Below, in pieces: positions 57,708 through 64,000 of a stretch of 64,000 bases of DNA (positions are counted from its first letter, which is position 1; each line of letters opens with the position of its first letter). Origin of the DNA: Eledone cirrhosa (taxonomy: Eukaryota); assembly GCA_964016885.1 (NCBI GenBank), contig OZ024751.1, forward strand, positions 39,246,001 to 39,310,000. The letters are read 5' to 3'. Under the pieces are notes generated by a model, which was given only the letters and a program-made list of their open reading frames with translations, did no database searches and had not been told where the DNA came from. Both the position numbers and the translations under genes were made by a program.

Positions 57708-58139
57708 TAAATAAATGAATAAATAAATGAATAAATGAATAAATGAATAAATAAATAAATAAATATATAAATAAATAAGTATATAAATAAATAAATAAAT
57801 AAATAAGTATATAAATAAATAAATAAGTATATAAATAAATAAATAAGTATATAAATAAATAAGTAAGTATATAAATAAATAAATAAGTATATAAATAAAT
57901 AAGTAAGTATATAAATAAATAAATAAGTATATAAATAAATAAATAAGTATATAAATAAATAAGTAAGTATATAAATAAATAAATAAGTATATAAATAAAT
58001 AAATAAGTATATAAATAAATAGGTAAGTATATAAATAAATAAATAAATAAGTATATAAATAAATAAATAAGTATATAAATAAATAAATAAATAAGTATAT
58101 AAATAAATAAATAAGTATATAAATAAATAAATAAGTATA

Positions 58140-58174
<35 letters not shown>

Positions 58175-58190
58175 ATGAATAAATAAATAC
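57708..58190. repeat. (TAAA)n-derived minisatellite with AAGTATATAAAT units
   Basis: Direct inspection. Confidence 0.93.
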
Positions 58191-58321
58191 GTAAACAAAT
58201 AATTTTGTTTTAACAAATAATTATTTATTTACAATTTACACAATTTTCTTGTAACTTCTTTCTTCTTGTGTCTCCAACTTCAAATTAAATCCGTGACCAA
58301 AGGCTAAACCGAAACTTGCGG

Positions 58322-58476
<155 letters not shown>

Positions 58477-58614
58477 CATATATATATAAATGTTTTTTTT
58501 CTCTTTTTGTCCGTAGTCAAAGCATAGTTACTATTACACACACACACACTCTCACTCACACACACACACATATATATATATACACAAACATGCATATATA
58601 TATATATATGTATG

Positions 58615-58704
<90 letters not shown>

Positions 58705-58764
58705 TATATACACATATATATATATACATATATATACACATATATATATATATACAAACATGCA

Positions 58765-58798
<34 letters not shown>

Positions 58799-58847
58799 CA
58801 TATATATACATACATATATATATACATATATATACATATATATTTAC

Positions 58848-58899
<52 letters not shown>

Positions 58900-59309
58900 C
58901 ACAGGGACAGAGTGGGTAGAGAAAAAGTCTGAGAGCAGATGTACTACGTAATGGCTACCCAACGACAATAGCACAATCCCATCGTACAGAGCCGCACTCA
59001 AATATCTTTAGTATGCACTTGTTAGCCTAAAATACTCACAATACGTAGTCACTTTTTATATACACACCTAGCAATGAAGACATTTTATTTACTAACTAAT
59101 CGTATTTCTTTTACTTTGCTGTCTCTTGTTACCGTTTGTTGTTGTTGCTGCTGTTGTTGTTGTTGTTGGTATTGTTGTTGTTGTTGTTAATGCTGTTATT
59201 TAAATGCTGTTCCTGTTATCGTTGCTAGGTTGTTGTTATTGTTGTTGTTATTGTTATTTAAATTGTCCTTGTGCCCTCGTCATCGTCGTCGTTCTTGTCG
59301 TTATTCCTT

Positions 59310-59337
59310 TTCTTCTTCTTCTTCTTATTCTTCTTCT

Positions 59338-59369
<32 letters not shown>

Positions 59370-59675
59370 TTCTTCTTCTTCTTCTTCTTCTTCTTCTTCT
59401 TCTTCTTCTTCTTCTTCTTCTTCTTCTCCTCCTCCACCTCCAACTACTTCTCCTTTACAATGTTTCCACGTTTACATTTTTTTTTCTTATTCCTTACTTA
59501 TTTTCTCGTTAGAGTTTATAATGGTGTTGATGGTGATAATAGTGGTGATGATGGTAGTGATGGCGGTGATGGTGATGATGGTGATGATGGTGGCGATGGT
59601 GGTGGTGATGGTGGTGATGGTGGTGTTGAAGATGATAATAGTGATGATGATGGTAGTGGTGATGGTGATAGTGAC

Positions 59676-59742
<67 letters not shown>

Positions 59743-60085
59743 GTGGTGGTGATGGTGGTGTTGAAGGTGATAATAGTGATGATGATGGTGGTGATGGTGG
59801 TGTTGATGGTGATAATAGTGATGATGATGATGGTGATAACAATGATGATGATCTTGTCGATGATGATGATAGTGATGATGATGATGTTGATGATGATGAT
59901 ACTAGCGATGATGATGATGATGGTGATGGTGATGTTGATCACGTTGGCTGTGCTGGTCTTGGTAGAGATAGTTTTTATGTTGCTGGTAATGGTCTTAGTG
60001 GTGATGATGATGGTGTTGATAGTGAAGTTACTTTTGATCTAGGTGTTGGTGTTTTTTTATGATATTACTGATGATGATGATTATA

Positions 60086-60127
<42 letters not shown>

Positions 60128-60379
60128 TTGTTGTGTTGTTGTTTTTGCTTATTTTGCTGTATTGTTGTCATTTTGTTCTTTACATGTTCATTTATTTATT
60201 TTTTAGTTCATTTGCCTTCTTCTTCTTCTTCTCCTCCTCTTTCTTCTTCTTCTTATGCTTATTCTTCGTCTTTTTATCTTTTTCGTCGTCGTCGTCGTCT
60301 TTTTTGTCGTCTTCTTCTTCTTCTTCTTCTTCTTCTTCTTCTTCTTCTTCTTCTTCTTCTTCTTCTTCTTCTTCTTCTT

Positions 60380-60410
<31 letters not shown>
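59310..60410. repeat. (TTC)n and (GAT/GGT)n trinucleotide arrays
   Basis: Direct inspection. Confidence 0.92.
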
Positions 60411-60785
60411 TACATCTCATTAAAACGGAACATTCTTATTATTTAAGTGATGGCACTGGCTTTGACCAAAATCTCTTCGGCTGACCTATAATATATTCTC
60501 TGTAATGGCGTTTACTAGAGGGACGTTAGGCGTGAACGCCAATACAAACACGGCCATTACTCTCTTTATTGAATTTCAGTAATATAAAGAAGGAGACGAG
60601 GTCTCATTTGAAATTCTATTATAATAGGTGAGATCAGTAAAATGAAGCCAGTATTGCTTGTGAGAAGGTCAACACTATTGGGCCTCTCTTAGTTTGACAT
60701 GTTATCCCATTAGACGTATATAGATGATGTATACATTTATAAGTTTCTACATACACACACACGTAGGTATATATAGGTATATAGG

Positions 60786-60885
<100 letters not shown>

Positions 60886-60897
60886 GGTATATAGGTA

Positions 60898-60971
<74 letters not shown>

Positions 60972-61062
60972 TATATAGGTATACATGTATATATATGTAT
61001 ATATATGTATATATATGCATGTATATATATGTGTATATATATGTGTATATATATATATATAA

Positions 61063-61159
<97 letters not shown>

Positions 61160-62686
61160 TGTGTGGATGATATACATATCTATGCATATTATATATGGGT
61201 TATATGTGTGCTTTTGTGCAGGTGTGTGTTCGTATGTATACGTATGTGTACGTATGTGTACGTATGTGTACGTATGTGTACGTATGTGTACGTATGTGCA
61301 TGTATGTGAATGTATACGTACATCTGTGCCTTTGTCTATGTCTATGTATGTATGTGTATGTGTGTGTATGTGTATGTATGAGGAGGCATGTATATCTTTG
61401 TGTATATCTGTGTTACTATGTCTATGCCCAAAATGAATGACCTACGACAAAAACTGATTCAGTCTCGTTATGGTGTATTTAACTCATCACTACAAACCAT
61501 CAACTTAACGAAGTTTCTAGATTCTTTATAGTTTCTTTTCTTTTTCACTTTTTTTTTTCTTCTTGTCTTTTACGTTGGCTATTTTCTTCATTTTTTTGGT
61601 CAAGTATAACAAACCCAGAAAAGAAGAAAATTAAAGAAAGATAGATGAGGTGAAATGAAAAGTAAAAGTCAATTGCCTGGGATAAAGCGACAGTAAAGAA
61701 TAATGACTAAATATTTAGAGCCATAAACAACAACAACAACAACACATGCAACAACAAAAGAAGGAAAGAACATAGATATATGAGGTGAGCTTTGTCGAAG
61801 ACGTTCTATCTTGGCCTGCCGGATATATCAAAATGAATACGGAATAGGTAACAGCTGGAGAATGAGGCTAGTTTAAGGAATGACATCAATCCATTTGTCG
61901 TCGTAGAAATGCAGTAAGGTTTTTAAGATAAGGAGGGTTAGTGGAGAAATAGACAGCCTGTTTAGAAGGCGGCTAATCTACGTCTATTGATTGCTTGGAG
62001 TAAAAGATTTCTGAGTGATGGACATCGCTGGCTGCAGGAAATCCAAAGAAAAAAAATGGATATGAAATAGTAAGATTTCAACGGAAGGGGATAAAGAAAA
62101 TATAAAAGAGATTGAGAGAGAGCGAGACAGAGAGAGAAATATAGAGAGAGGGAGAGTAGAAAGACAGAGAACTATAGAGAATGGGGCGAGAGGAATAGAA
62201 AGAGTGACAAAGAAAGAAAGAGAAATCTAAGATTAAGAGAAAAAAAATCAGAGAGAAGGGTAATTGCGAAGTCGTGAGAGAAGAATTGGTCAAGCGATTT
62301 AGTGTTTTAGACGAAATTGAATGAAGAGAGGGGAGTGTAAAGAGAGTAAGGGGGATTAAGAGGAATGCAATCAAGGATAATAATGAAGTGAAGAAGGGGA
62401 GACAATTGCAGACCTAAAGTAAGATGTGTCATAAAGAAAATATTAAAAAGAACAAGATTTTGGAATGAAATGGTGTTTGTATGAACGAAAAAAAAACAAA
62501 TGCAATTAATATAATGTGAAGCAAGTACTGGCTTACGACAGTTGAGAAATATAAGAAATAAAATGAGTTAATGACGGCAGAAGAATGAGGAAGGGTGGGA
62601 GGAAAAGCAAGAACGAGAGAGAGAGTGAAGGATAGAGATGGAAGTGGGAACGAAAGAGAGGGGGGGGGCGACGGATAGAGAATGCA

Positions 62687-62740
<54 letters not shown>

Positions 62741-62800
62741 TGGAAATGGGAACGAGAGAGAGAGATGGAAATGGGAACGAGAGAGAGAGATGGAAATGGG

Positions 62801-62855
<55 letters not shown>

Positions 62856-63511
62856 TGGAAATGGGAACGAGAGAGAGAGAGAGAGAGAGAGTGATAGGCA
62901 TAACTTTCCTCTAAGCTGTTGTACAGGTTTTACCGACCAAACTGACCAGCAAGAAGGTTACAAAGTTTACAAATTACAGCATCTGTAACATAGAAAAAAA
63001 TGGTAGAAAATGTTGAGATTAAGATGAGATTAAAAGAGACACTAAAATGGTTACCGTATTAATAATATATATTGTTGCCTTTCACACTTTCTCTTCTTTT
63101 TTTCATCATCTCTCTTTTTATCATAACTATATTTCAGTTCTTCCCTCTCGCTTTCTTTCGCCCTCTCACTCTCCCTTTCTCTTTCTAGCCCCATATATAT
63201 ATGCTTTTTCTTTCTCTGAATTTCAATCCATCCTTCTTACAATCTCCCCCAGCCGTTTCTCTCTCCATTTCACACATACAGCAAACACAAGGTTTCCTAT
63301 TTCAATCCTAAATTCCCTCTATTGATACCAAGTATCCTTACTCAACATTTATCCTTATCCAACGTATCTGGCTCCCTAAATATTCTCTCACTTTTCCTAT
63401 ATTTAACTGGTTTCTTTTTGGACACCTCTTCATTTCTTTCCATCACATTAGACTCTCTCTATATTTTCTTCACTCTTTTCCCTCCATATCCTGTTATAAT
63501 CGCTCTTTCTC

Positions 63512-63548
<37 letters not shown>

Positions 63549-63860
63549 CTCTCTCTTTCTCTCTCTCTTTCTCACTATGTATATATATATATATATCGTT
63601 CTCTCACTCACTCACTCTCTCTCTCTTTCTCTCTCTCTTTCTCACTATGTATATGTATATATATATATATCGTTCTCTCGTTCTCTCTTTCACCATATTC
63701 TTTTCCACATTCCTCTCTTTCTCTCACTCTCTCTCTCTCTCTCTTTATAAATATATATACATATATATATTATATATATATATATTATATATATATATAT
63801 ATATATACGTGTGTGTGTTTGTGTGTACTTGTGGATTATAAAGATTACCGATATCTATCT

Positions 63861-64000
63861 TTCTCTATCTTCCTTCACCAGCCCTCTCCCTCCCTCTTTC
63901 TCTATCTTCCTTCACCAGCCCTCTCCCTCCCTCTTTCTCTATCTTCCTTCACCAGCCCTCTCCCTCCCTCTTTCTCTATCTTCCTTCACCAGCCCCCTCC
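63861..64000. repeat. 37-bp pyrimidine-rich tandem repeat running off the window end
   Basis: TTCTCTATCTTCCTTCACCAGCCCTCTCCCTCCCTCT at 63861, 63898 and 63935. Confidence 0.93.

Overview
AT-rich eukaryotic genomic DNA, dominated by microsatellites, with no protein-coding exon I can recognise. It is most likely a large intron or intergenic region. The abundant tRNA-derived SINE (core TTTGCCTTTCATCC..GGGGTCGATAAAATAAAGTACCAG) and the repeat landscape resemble an octopus/coleoid cephalopod genome; this is my recollection, not a database result. Nearly all listed ORFs are translations of simple repeats. Supportable content: about 20 SINE copies or fragments (some with target-site duplications, nesting or chimeric tandem duplication), an intact 602-bp hAT (Charlie/Buster-type) non-autonomous element with 14-bp TIRs and an 8-bp TSD, a mariner deletion derivative, a rearranged RTE LINE remnant, LINE-like 3' tails in TATC/TA repeats, and several minisatellites. 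The most interesting signals are RNA-structural. (i) At least 6-8 distinct hammerhead-ribozyme motifs of the Penelope-like-element (PLE) type lie beside (TA)n tracts, one apparently intact at 9141-9176. (ii) A fold-back at 37355-37664 has its symmetry axis exactly on a putative hammerhead helix II. (iii) Three further fold-back inversions occur in (TA)n context. (iv) The RTE 5' leader is heavily structured and has partial HDV-like ribozyme topology.
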